Assembly (NCBI GenBank): GCA_012295275.1
Contig: CM022671.1
Coordinates: 29,574,001 to 29,638,000, forward strand
Reading direction: 5' to 3'
From: Chrysomallon squamiferum
Taxonomy: Eukaryota; Animalia; Mollusca
DNA: 64,000 bases
The notes under the pieces were generated by a model. The model did no database searches and had not been told where the DNA came from. It worked only from the letters and a program-made list of their open reading frames with translations. Shown in pieces: positions 1 to 12,436 of this stretch. Positions within the stretch are counted from its first letter, which is position 1; each line of letters opens with the position of its first letter. The position numbers and the translations under genes are program-made.

Positions 1-207
<207 letters not shown>

Positions 208-793
208 TAAAAATTTTAAAAAAATAAAAAATTTAATGCTATTCGCAGAGATTGAATGCCAAAATGAAGGCTTGATTTAAATTGGCTATTAAGTATAGGT
301 ATGTGTTCTTGTTCTTACAGTTAATATGAAGCAGAAATAATTATGAAAGAATACAGATAAAATCAAAATTGAATCCACAGATAATTTGATGTTAAAGATC
401 TGTTCTGTTTTTGCCTTTCATTATTTTATTTTTGTGGACTTAAATCTGTCAAATATGCTGAAAATCACTGTCTTATATGTGTATATAAATTGACAAATCA
501 CAGAGGTGATATTAAAATGAACTTAAACTGGAATTTGTGACAGTTGAATTTCTACATTTGCTACATGTTAATATAATTACAACTAAACAAAAATTTATTA
601 AATTTAAATATTCAGAAACCCAGATTGTAATAGTTAAAATGTTGTGTATTTATTATAAATTTAAATAAATATTCCATTATTTTTTTATTTTTTTATTTAT
701 TTTTTTTCATGTTTTGCTGAGACAAATGAGCAGAATTTATAATGCTTAACAATGAAATTTCTAACTATATGTATGTTTTCCTTTTTTTATAAG

Positions 794-865
794 GTTTATC
801 ATGCTTTCTACAGACCTCTGGAATATACATTACCCCAAAAAGACAGTTCTGAAAATTATATCAAA
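794..865 (+). CDS. TXNRD2: Thioredoxin reductase exon (VYHAFYRPLEYTLPQKDSSENYIK)
   Basis: AG acceptor 792-793, donor GTACGT at 866, 72 nt, phase 0-0; matches the TXNRD2-type VYHAxYxPLEFT segment. Confidence 0.93.
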
Positions 866-1138
866 GTACGTATATTTATTGAGGAACAAAGTATCTAGAT
901 AATGATAAAATATTTATGAGGTCAGTTATTTCAAATATATTTGCTGTTATAATTTATCAAAACATTTTGAAAGATATAAAATTATGGACTCCACATTTCT
1001 TTGTAAGAACTGATCTCAGAATAAAAGAGATAATGATCTGTGCATTCTTGTGAACTAAAGGAATTTAGTTTAAACATTCATATTTATCTTTCTTTTTTTA
1101 AATCAAACCTTAATAAATAATTTCTGTTTTGGCTCTAG

Positions 1139-1237
<99 letters not shown>

Positions 1238-1556
1238 TAAGTAACAGAAAGTGTTATGAAATGTGAGTCTTTTATTAAAATAACATGGACTTAGCCATTT
1301 GAACTTTGTAAATAGAAGGTTTGAAACTTTTAGACTATATATTATTTTATTATTTATTTTTAAGTATTAGTAACTTGTATTTTTTCCATTCACAGTATTA
1401 AACGGCATTTTTACCTTTACATTTCAGTTACTGAACACTTCCTAGAGTGGGATATTTTATAACGTTAATTAAATATATATGACATAATTCTTTGGAATTG
1501 GAATCTTTTATTTCATTTCTTTGTAAATTTTTATTTTATTTTTTTGATTTAAAAAG

Positions 1557-1603
<47 letters not shown>

Positions 1604-1633
1604 CATACATACATACATACATTTTAAAACATT

Positions 1634-1672
<39 letters not shown>

Positions 1673-1748
1673 TATTCTTTCATTTTAAAAAGATTATCAA
1701 GTTATTTTTATTTAAAGTTTTATTTTATAAATATATTTAATTTTTTAG

Positions 1749-1878
1749 GGCTGGTTTAGACTATGAAACACTAAACAGTACTGTTGGCATTCACCCAACA
1801 TGTGCAGAGGAGATTGTGAAGATCCACATCACCAAGAGATCTGGCATAAGTCCCCTAGTTACCTGATGCTGAGGTTAA
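1749..1878 (+). CDS. TXNRD2: Thioredoxin reductase last coding exon [42 protein letters not shown]-stop (two in-frame TGA)
   Basis: TTTTTTAG acceptor; catalytic GIHPTxxE motif; TGA 1864-1866, TGC, TGA 1870-1872, GGT, TAA 1876-1878. The tail aligns to TXNRD2 KRSGLDPTVTGCUG. Confidence 0.93.
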
Positions 1879-2527
1879 TCCCTGTCTCTGAGCTTATCTC
1901 CCAGGCTGCAGACATATTAATTAACACTCAGTAGAGTTGGGGCATTGTTAAACATTTATTCATTCCTTTACTACAGAAAAATGTATCTCACATTTTACTA
2001 CATTCATTGGTTTTCAGGTATGACACAAAATAATTAACAATAAGAAAAAAAAAAAAAAAAAAAAAAAGATAAATAATTATTTATACTAGTCTTATGAAAC
2101 TACTGACTTTTATAACATGACATTACTTTCTGTAAGAGAAAGAAAAAGAATTATCAACCTAATTTTTTTATTCAAATGAAATTTTATTGTTCATATTTTT
2201 AATCAAAAAAAATTATTTATTTATTTATTATTTTGTTAACGTCACTCATACACATAACTTAATAACTTTTTCCAAATAATTTTTTTTTTTAAACTATGCA
2301 AAAAAGATGCAACAATATTCAAAACTGGATAATTCTTCTAAGCTAGTGCTGAATATTTAACATTTTCTATAATTATCCTAATTAGTACATTCTTTACTGT
2401 GTCTTAATGTTTTTAAAAAAGCTGGACTTATGTTTCATGCTTCTTGTCTTTTTTTTCATTCTGCAATATGTCTGTGCCTGGGACCTTCAGAGATGGGGAG
2501 AAAATGTTTTTCTCTTTGCACTGTAAG

Positions 2528-2598
2528 ATCTGTCAGCCTTTATGAAGTCCAATCTCAAATGGCTTCTTGCCAGGGAAAACGACTGATGTTCTGCAGAT
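2528..2598 (+). promoter_or_regulatory. SECIS element, type II, in the TXNRD2 3' UTR
   Basis: ATGA core 2542-2545 opposite TGAT 2584-2587; unpaired AAA 2557-2559; apical ministem TGGC 2560-2563/GCCA 2569-2572; helix I ATCTG-T-CAG/CTGCAGAT. Lies ~660 nt 3' of the Sec codons. Helix II has an internal loop. Confidence 0.88.
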
Positions 2599-5500
2599 AA
2601 CTTACTGTTTGCAAAGAGAATAAATATATATATTTTTTTTCCTTTTGGGAGGTGTGTTGGTGGTGTGAATGCAACTTAAGATGGGGATGGTTGTGGGATG
2701 TATTTTTGGTGTGAATGCAACTAAAGGTGAAAGAGTTGTTTAGGAAGTCCTTTGGAGATGTTTAATCATCTGAAATCCAAGAACATTTTCTGGTACTAAA
2801 TATTGTCTGTGCATGCTGGTGTCTTGATTTTAAAATGCTAATCATGCAGGAATGATTCTTTAGAGAAAATCTTGTTGTGAATCCGCAGATCTATGTTTTA
2901 GTGGTTGCAAATCATGTTTGTTTGACATACTGTTACAAGTAGTTATGCTTAAAATTGGCTTAGAAAAACCATGTTAAAATAACAAAAATTGTTTCTATAT
3001 TAATTTTTATTTATGTGAATAATTTTTGTTTTAAAACCAGTATAAAATTGTAACTTGTTTTGTGTGTGACATGTCTGAGAAGAAAATGGAAAATAAGAAA
3101 GAAAAAAAACACTTAATGGCATGGAAAACTTATAGTATAGTTCTAGACAAGATTATTAAAATATATTTATTTTAAAATTATGTAACGTATTCATATACAG
3201 TACTAGGGCAAGATCAATTTTCTACTTTGCTTCATGGTACAAAACAGACTACAATGACTGGAACTCTAAAATAATGGTAAGACATTTGTTTTTTTGACAT
3301 TTGACTCAACCAGTTCCATTAGAGTTTAGTGCATCCTTTTCATTTGTATTCTTTTATAATTATTTCTGCTTTTAATTTGCCATAAAAACAACAGCATATG
3401 CCTATATTGTGTAGCCATTTTAAATACAGCTTTCATTTTGGTTTATAACAACTGTAAGTTTTGAATAGTGAATATAAAGCATTTAAAATGAAGTCCTGGA
3501 TTTTTCAGACATATTTATTTTATATGATTTGTTTATTTAAAAGTCTTGTTCATTAATATAGGTAACTGACAGTGGTATTCTAATTTTCAACAATTTTTAA
3601 TTTTAATTTTTTTTAGTTTGTTTAATGAAAATGTTACTTTGTTTGTCACCTGTTGATGTTTTCACTGTGATAATACAGACAGTACCTCACACTAACAATA
3701 ATATCCTTGTATATTCCAGCATTTGTTTTTTCTTTCATTTCTATAGCATAAAAGTAGTTTGACCTATTCCTTGATTCATTTAATTAAAAAAGAAAAAATC
3801 TTGCAGTAATGATATCCTAATCACTACCATAGACTTTGGAAAAAAAAAAAAAAAATCATTAATTGAGAAGTTGTAGGTTTTTCTTCACCCAGCTTTTTTA
3901 TTTTTATATTAACTAATTTGGTCAGTTAGGTCTCTTCCGAGTATTTAACTCACTGACAAATCTGTGGTTTCTGTTTTTAATGTTCTACCTTAAATTGTGT
4001 GTGTGTTCTTGACATGTGATAGCAACTGTGGCCCAAAGTCTCACATCCAACCTGCAGTTCCCAAAGAAATATGTATCTGTTGAAATTTCCTTTAACTGTA
4101 AATGAAAGTTGCCTGCCAGTCACTGACAAGTATACACATTACTTTGTGTATTTATTATCCCTTGGTTTGATTATCCCTTAGCTCATCTTTTTTATATATT
4201 TATGTATCTATTTAGATGTAACTGGCACAATCTGCCTGTCTGATATATGTTGACAGTATGAATGTTCTATCCAGTTTTTTGTCATACATTAGTGTTTTGT
4301 TCCAGCTGTGTATGATATGCAGTATTACTAACATATGCATGAGCTTTTGTTCGTTTTGGTTTTAAATTGTCTAATTATTATAAGCTTTATAATATTCATA
4401 TATTATATTATGGACATGGTTGAGAAATTTTGTATCGTTTTTACTGATATTTTGTCAGTGTCTTTTATCAGTATACTTATAGTAGCCAGAGATATGGTAT
4501 TTAATGCAAAAAAAAATTGTGTTGTACCACTTGTTAACAAACAAAACCTATATGTATAGCAATATAATCTCTAGTCTTTCAATATTCAAAATGGTTTGCA
4601 TTTTACTAATAAAATCATGTTTAGAAAATAAGGGTCTGAGTATTTAATATATTAAGAAATGAACAGCTGTATTTTTATATGTAAAAATTAACTGTCTCTG
4701 TTACATGAATACCAAATAAATATTCAAATATTTATCTTGTTTTTGTCCATTTGTCTCTCTTCAATTTAAAAAAAAAAATTCTTCTGAATATTGTGGATGT
4801 AAAATAAATATTCTGTTTTGTTAACATTGTTTTGGTAACATTTTTATTTTATTTTTTATTTTTTTCTCTCTAATGTTAATTAATCTATCATTTCTGTACT
4901 CTTGTTATTATTTAATGTAGCAAGCTTCACCAGAATATTATGTGTGTAATTAGTTGTCAACTATAAGGAATCATAGATGAATTTTTTCTGAGCTCAAACA
5001 AAACTTCTTTCCACAGGCAAAAGGAAAACAAAACAAAAATGAATAGAAAACAAAAATGATTTATTTCAAAGTACTATAGCAATTATGTATTTGTTCATGC
5101 ACAGTATCTTGGGTTCGTGTGGGACTTACATAGATTAATATACAAAAATGACCATAATGATAGCATACCGTAAAGTATAATTAAAAAAAAAAATTATTTA
5201 AAAAAAAAAAATAATAATAATAATAATAATAATAAATTTTAAATATGTAACAATTAGTGTAAATAGGGGGGTCAAAATTAAAGCTTGTTAGTATACATTT
5301 GGAGGTGATTCAATAGAGATGAGACAGAAATAAAAAAAATTAAAAATTTAATTACTACCATTGAACTTTTTAAAAATATTAATTAAAATAATAGTAATTC
5401 AGTTTTTCATATTTCTGAATTTGAAATGTTTATTTAATGGATATAATACAGTATCTTTAGAGCTTTATATAGTTTTTTTTGTTGTTTTTTTTAAATTTCA

Positions 5501-6134
5501 ATCTGAAAGTGCTTTTCACTTTTATAACCTTTTACTTTATCTTAATATAAAAATAATAATTAACTATACCAGTACATAAAGATCAGTATTGACTTTCATG
5601 TTGTTATTTAGTTTTGTTGTGTACTGTTTTAATGTGATCAGCCTTATACATCTCATGTGTATACTTGACTAGATATGTAATTGAGACAAAAAAAACAAAA
5701 AATGACTAAAAAGTTAAATATGTTGCACATTCCTTCACAAATTCTAATACCAATGTTACAGAATGACATGTACAAATACTGTAACTATTTGGGCAAATGT
5801 GTACTCAAATGAACTTCAGTTGAATTATATATATCCTAAAAATAGTCTGTTAAAAAAAAATGAATAGATTGAAAGTAATGTTTTATTTAAATATTAAAAG
5901 AAGAAAAAGAAGAATATGTTTTTGTTTAGATTTCAGTTTTGATTTTTTAAAAGGCATATATATTTATATATTATGATTACAATTTAAAACAAATACTGTT
6001 ACACATATATTATGAACCTGACTGGTGGTTCATTTTAAAATAACAATTCAGATTTGGTTTAAAACATTTAAAAAAAATCCATGAATAATAAGATCCGTAT
6101 TAAGATGATCTATACATATGTGTTAAGAGTTCAC

Positions 6135-6184
<50 letters not shown>

Positions 6185-9100
6185 AATAATAATAATAATG
6201 TTTATTAAAACTGAAATATAATAGAATTCCTAAAAGAAAAACGTTTAAGAAATAACTCTGTGCATTAACAAGTTGTTGTAATGTACAATTTATACAAAAT
6301 GAAATACTGGTATTAATAATTTCTATGCAATAGAGTAGTGGTTATAATAATAATAATAGTATCTGTTTTCTGTATATGCAACCATAAAAACCAAACATGA
6401 TATGAGAAACACATTATGCCATGTATATCATAACATATATAATGATAAAAAAAAGTAATAATGTATGATACAATTTACATACCTGGGAATAATAGGAATG
6501 GATAGCTAATAAAAGAGTTGTAAAAGCAATTGGTAAATTTTTAAAACAAAATAAAATTTGGAAGACAAAATTAACATATGATAGTTGAATACAAAAACAC
6601 TGTAACTCCATGTGCATAGCACCAATCAAAACAAACATGACAAAATTACACAAAAGTGTATGAAAATATCATCATAAGTAACAGCAAAAAAACAACAACA
6701 AAAAAAACATTTACAACAAAAGGAAGAGCTGGATATTGTAAACTTTGCAGTAAACTTGCAGCCATTTCTACAAGCAAATTACGAATCACTTTTTGTTAAT
6801 ATAATTAATATAATTTTCTAACACTTCTTTACCTATCAGAAATAAACAAACAGATAAATAAATGACTGATAGGTTATTTATTTTGGTAATGGAAATATAT
6901 TTTAGATTTTGTCACAGAAATGTAATAAATGAGAAGTAAAACCCTCTTATGTTTTTCCAGATTTTGTTATTTGGACAAGAAATAAAAATAATGATGTCGA
7001 ATGACTAATAGATTAAAATGAAATAGGTTACTTGGTAAGTACATCTACTGACAGACAGGCACTGTGTATTAGCACTAATCACCAAATTATACCAGTTTGT
7101 TCTGATTTTGTCAATTTATAAGACAGAAGTTGTTTTATTTGTTGCATTTTTCTTTTTGATATTTATGTTTTTATTTTATTTTACATAATCTGCAGAAGTA
7201 ACAAAAATAAGTTTTAATTATTTTGATATTTTAACAAACGCAAGAAAATTATTTTATTAGCACATTTAATGGCTGAACAAATATATTAAAATTTACATAA
7301 AAGTATAATAAAACAAATATCAAATAAAAACATTATATCACATTAGGACCCCCTAAATTGCCAAAAGCAAAACTGAAACAAAAATACAGTATCAAACACA
7401 GCTAAACGATTAAAATTTTATATATGTACATATGTATCCTGATTATATTAATTGCTGGTAATACAGAGAATCACAGTCTTATTAAAATATATAAATCATG
7501 TTTAATCAATATGTCTGTCTGATTATAGTTTGATATATTATTAACAAGACATCACAGCACAGGCAGTATAAATGTCAACTCACATTAATGATAAATGTAA
7601 ACAACTTAAGATTATGAAGTCACATTATTAATAATAAAACGTCAATGCAACTCAGTTCCTTATTGACATACCTATTAAATACTTTACTTAAGTGTGTAGA
7701 AAGTAAAACAAAATATCAGAAATAATTATAACAGCAAAATATCTCCATTGATGTATATTAACATTTTAATTTTTTTGTTAAAGGCATCTGTTTATCATAG
7801 TATAAATGAATACTCGGTTAATGACACCTCAGCCATTTTTTACATTAAACAATTTTTACAACTTAAAACATGATTTACTGTTATTGTTATTATTTTATTA
7901 TTATTATTTTTAATTATAAAATTAGAAAGGAAAGTGAGAGAATAAAGACAAGAATATGTATCATATCTGATAAAAAAAATAATTGAAAAAAAATTATGGG
8001 TCACTGGCAGGAACTGAAATTAGCAAAATCAATCTGTTTTTGGAACGACAGGTTTTAAAGTGATACATTAAACAAGAAACTTGAAATAAAAAATAGTGAG
8101 GTAAAGAAAAAGCATGTGCAATGCTTTTTGATAATCATAGACAGAATACATGCTTACATCAAGACATAACCCTGTAACAATACTTGTGGAGTATTGATCT
8201 TAAGACCTATCACATCTCAATCAACTGTTTATGTCTACACCCATGTTTGTTTACTGCAGAGAGTACTTCAGTAGAAAGTTAGTCAGGTAACAAAACAGTC
8301 ATCACCCTGTGATAAATAGCTCAGATTTCCATTTTCACCTGTGTACAAGTCAATAAAACATTGTTTTGTTTGTGGGTTTTTCTTTCAACTGGCTCTCCTC
8401 CAAAACTACACACTACACTTTGTAAAACAGAAATCAGTGGAGTATATTTACAATTTTTATTATCTCACTGATATAAATGGGTTTATTATTTTTTTCACCC
8501 CAAATGTTTTAACAAAAGTTGATTTAAGTTTTTTCTTTTTTTTAATCATTTTATCTTTTTTTTTCTTCTTCTTCTTTTTATTTTTTCAAGTATGCAATAA
8601 ACTTTCCTGCCCTAAATACAGCTTTTATTCTTAAAAAAATGTATGACATATTTCAGATTTCGAGTGTTCTATAAGATGCATTGTGATAAATATTCATTAA
8701 CATATAGTTGCCAGATAAAGATTTTTATATTCTGAAACATGAAATAATTAAGTTTTCATCACTTTTTTAATCTTTTTTTTTTTTTGTGCAATAAAAATCT
8801 AATATTTTAAATTTCTAAAAAGCTGAATGGAATATTTTACAAAAAAAAAAAAAAAAAATTTAATCTTTAGTTATACTGTGTCATACGTATATGTGTGGCT
8901 TAGAAGTTAGAACCACAAAAACAAATAACACCAAGGAATCTTCTGTTTGTATCTTCCAGAAAACAACACATACCACATCCTTTGTTGTGGTAACGAAATA
9001 ACCCATCTACCATGAACTGGCCCAAAACAAACACTGTAGAAGACTCACCCTCTGACCAGTCACACTTCTGACCACTGCTTTTTCAATAAGCTATAGTTTG

Positions 9101-9400
9101 CTCCCAAATTCTGACTATTAATAAGTATAATCTGAATTTGTTTTTAAAACAAGAAAAAAAAAAAGTGGTGAATATGCATAATGTATATAAATATGTATCT
9201 TAAACCAAATAATATACAATTTCAATATTTTAAAAATAAATTATATATTCTAAGTATAGTACCTCTAGAGTAAAATATACCTTTAACAGAATAATTATTA
9301 TGTCTTATGTCAGTTTTGAAATTGTGCTTCTTTTTTGACAAGCAAAATATTCCCTGAGTTATATCAATGTAATTAGCTAGTTCAGCATACAAATAGAAAA

Positions 9401-9970
9401 ATTAAGAATATATCACCAGCTCAAGACCATTTATCTGTAAAGATTGGAAGTTGAGGTGATCTGGATTTCTAGATGTTCTGGGTTTTTGGACCCAAGCTTA
9501 ACAATAATACATAGTTAAAATATAAAATAATGAAAATAAAGAAAAAAACTGTATTTAATGTAGTTAAACTGAAAAAAAAAAAAAACATACTGGAATTAGA
9601 ATAATTAAGAATATATCACTAGCACAAGACCATTTATCTGTAAAGATTGGAAGTTGAGGTGATCTGGATTTCTGGATTTTTTTTTTTGGGGGGGGTTTTT
9701 GGTTTTTTTTTGACCAAATCAATCATGCATACTTAAAATATAAAATAATGAAAAGTAAAGAACAAAACTGTATTTACGGTAGTTAAAGTAAAAAGTAGTG
9801 GAGTTAGAAGTTATGAATATGTTACAAGTACAAGACCATTTATCTGTTAAGATTGGAACTAGAGATTATCAGGATTTCTGGATTTTCTGGTTTTTCTGGA
9901 CCAAAGGTTAACAATAATAAATAGTTAAAATATAAAATAATGAAAAGTAAACAACAAAACTGTATTTAAC
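9401..9970. repeat. Degenerate tandem repeat, three copies of ~200 bp
   Basis: CAAGACCATTTATCTGT(A/T)AAGATTGGAA recurs at ~9422, ~9624 and ~9831, each followed by TTAAAATATAAAATAATGAAAA...AAAACTGTATTTA. Confidence 0.9.
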
Positions 9971-11121
9971 AGATACAAATTAATACATTTCTAGAGCTGG
10001 AAGCCAAATAAACAGTACAGTACCTGCACAATAAAAATGTTCTCTAGGGTAATTTCTAAGTTAATACTCCTTTTGCAGATTAATTTATTGATCTTTAATC
10101 ATTATAACTAATAAAACTGTAAAATTAATTTTTAGGATATGAATTCTCAGAATGCAGACTAAAGGCAAAAATACAAACCTAACAGATTTCTTTAAATATA
10201 GATCAACATGAATTTTAACAATAGCAATACAAATATATTCCATCCGATTCAAAACTTGAATCACTAAAAGTAAGCACAGTTGGTTTTAAATTGATTATTA
10301 AATTTATATCACTAAATTTAATAAAATAGTAAAAATATTACCGTGTACAGAAAAATGATTTAATATAATCCAACAAAATAAACAAATGATGGGTGAGGTT
10401 TTGTTTTCGAAATATTATAAATTCAAGAACAGCTTCTAGGTGGAGAATTTAAATGTTGGAATAAATTTATCTATTTATTGCTCAAAGAAATATATAAAGT
10501 TCTCATTTCTTATAATTTGTTCTTCAACAACTGACAGAAAGTCTATTCTGAAAAAGAAATTCTCCTTGGGAAAACAAATATGCTTTGTCATTTTGTGTGA
10601 TTGTGAGTATATATATACATATATGCATGCATGTAACCTGTTTAAATTATTGTATACCAATTCTGAACTATACATTTATAAAAGAATGTTCCGTATTTCA
10701 TTGTTAAGGAAGATTGTGCAGTATTTTGGTAACATTATTTTAAATAATTATTATATATATACAAATTGGTAATAAACTTTTTCAAGTATGATATAGTATA
10801 TAAAGTAATTTTAAAATGAGATGATTAAAAATCAAAGCCAGGTTAATGTTAACAAATAATTAAAATTAGAGACCTTTCTTTTCTTCAATATCTCAATTAA
10901 GTGTTATACATACAGAGAAATTCATTTTGGATCAGTTTTTCGTAATCTTTTTTCAATTAAAATGTCATCAATTCATAATAATACATCTTTTTATCAGCAA
11001 CCTGTGTACATTATTCCTGTTACATAAAACAACAAAAACATAACAAGGATAAAATATAAAACAAAACAAAACAGAAGTAATGAAATATGACTGGAGAGAT
11101 TCTTTAGTAAATCTGAAGTTT

Positions 11122-12333
11122 CTAGCTGTGTGTTGTGTTTTCTGACTTTCTGGACCAAACAGTGGAATTGGAGAGAATGGAGGAAGGTGAATGATTGGTG
11201 GTTTCTGTATTTGCAGAGACCGTGGGCGAGTTTGGCCGAGATGACGAAAGAACATTGCCACTGTTGTCAGTAACAAACGACACTTTAAACTGATGTGGCT
11301 TCCTTTGATATTTATTTGACACACCTTCATCACAGTGATGTATGTTAATACTTGGTGCACCAGATGTTTCATCACCAACAACAAAGATGTGGTTGTTTTT
11401 CAAACTAATACTGTTGTTTCCAGAACATTCCAAATCATTTCTGAAATTTGTGGAGTTAGAATCTGATATAATTTTGGTGCTTCTTTCTTCAGATGAGAAT
11501 CTGTCACTGGGATTTTGATTCTCTTCATTAGCATGTATCAGTTCCACTTGTACTTCAACATCCTTCAACACGGGGGACCTTTTCACAGAACCTCTCGATG
11601 AACTGATACTTTCCTTTCGTTGCAGTAGATAAGCTTTATACAAAGCCTGCATGTCTATGGGATGCACAACGTGCACAGGACGGATTGAATTCCAGGTGTT
11701 GTAGTTGCTGCCATTGCGAATAAATGAGGTATAAGACGAGACTGTATCATAGAGCGTGGACGAATCAGATCGCAAATCAACATCTGTGTATTCTTCATCT
11801 CCATGCTCAATGATTAAATAATCATCCACGAAACCAGACTCGAGTTCTTTCTCTCTGTAACTTTCACGAAACCAGGTGCAAAACTTTAAACACAGCGCTG
11901 TGAGAAAGAACAAAATAGCCAGCACTGGAAGAATGGTCAGATTTACTTTACCAGCTGGCAAGGTTTTCTTCTTCTTCTTCTTTGGTAGCCATGACAAGAC
12001 ATTATAAAATGATTCCTCTCCATTATGTGTTCTGTTCTGATTCTGTGAACGATTAGACAATGGTATCCTGTAATTTCCATCAAGAATAGTTTGTGAGGAC
12101 TGTATTATAGCATGTTTCAGTGAACCTGGTATTGTTTTCGAGGTGTTTTCATTGTCAGAATAAGTTGCTGCAATGTCTGATTCATTAAGAAATTCCTTTG
12201 TATTCTTCTTTTCAGGAAATGGGGCACTGCTGACAATGTGGAAATGTTTGAAACTAATGCCCAGAATGAAAAAAACACAAAATAATTGTGAAGCTGGAAT
12301 GAGGACAATTGGAAATCCACTGCGATGAGGCAT
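11122..12333 (-). CDS. Uncharacterised single-pass membrane protein, 403 aa, intronless CDS
   Basis: 1.2-kb open frame in very AT-rich DNA. Hydrophobic N-terminus ending VSSA/P (signal-peptide-like), several NxS/T sites, a Lys run, TM helix LTILPVLAILFFLTALCLKFC, then a long Ser/Asn-rich tail. No family recognised. Confidence 0.82.
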   Translation of the reverse strand: MPHRSGFPIVLIPASQLFCVFFILGISFKHFHIVSSAPFPEKKNTKEFLNESDIAATYSDNENTSKTIPGSLKHAIIQSSQTILDGNYRIPLSNRSQNQNRTHNGEESFYNVLSWLPKKKKKKTLPAGKVNLTILPVLAILFFLTALCLKFCTWFRESYREKELESGFVDDYLIIEHGDEEYTDVDLRSDSSTLYDTVSSYTSFIRNGSNYNTWNSIRPVHVVHPIDMQALYKAYLLQRKESISSSRGSVKRSPVLKDVEVQVELIHANEENQNPSDRFSSEERSTKIISDSNSTNFRNDLECSGNNSISLKNNHIFVVGDETSGAPSINIHHCDEGVSNKYQRKPHQFKVSFVTDNSGNVLSSSRPNSPTVSANTETTNHSPSSILSNSTVWSRKSENTTHS

Positions 12334-12337
12334 AAAC

Positions 12338-12436
12338 TCAAAATAAACAAAAGAATTTTAAAACAAAAGAACAAGAGTAAGAAATATTTTGTGAAACTGG
12401 AATGAGGAATACTGAAATTCCACAGCTATGAGGCAT
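12338..12436 (-). other. 32-codon uORF (MPHSCGISVFLIPVSQNISYSCSFVLKFFCLF*), a duplicate of the main ORF start
   Basis: ATG at 12436, TGA ending 12338, 4 nt before the main ATG at 12333; the first 16 codons are paralogous to MPHRSGFPIVLIPASQ. Confidence 0.6.

Noticed and set aside
2660-2740. Repeated GGTGTGAATGCAACT just after the SECIS
   Set aside because: Only two copies ~46 bp apart; a simple tandem duplication.
3252-3335. Possible second SECIS (ATGACTGGAACTCTAAA...TTAGAGTTTAGT hairpin)
   Set aside because: It can pair, but lacks the 3' GA of the quartet and the apical region is too long.
10968-11384. 138-aa ORF overlapping the 403-aa CDS (also 12117-12374)
   Set aside because: Alternative-frame shadows of the real CDS with no independent features.
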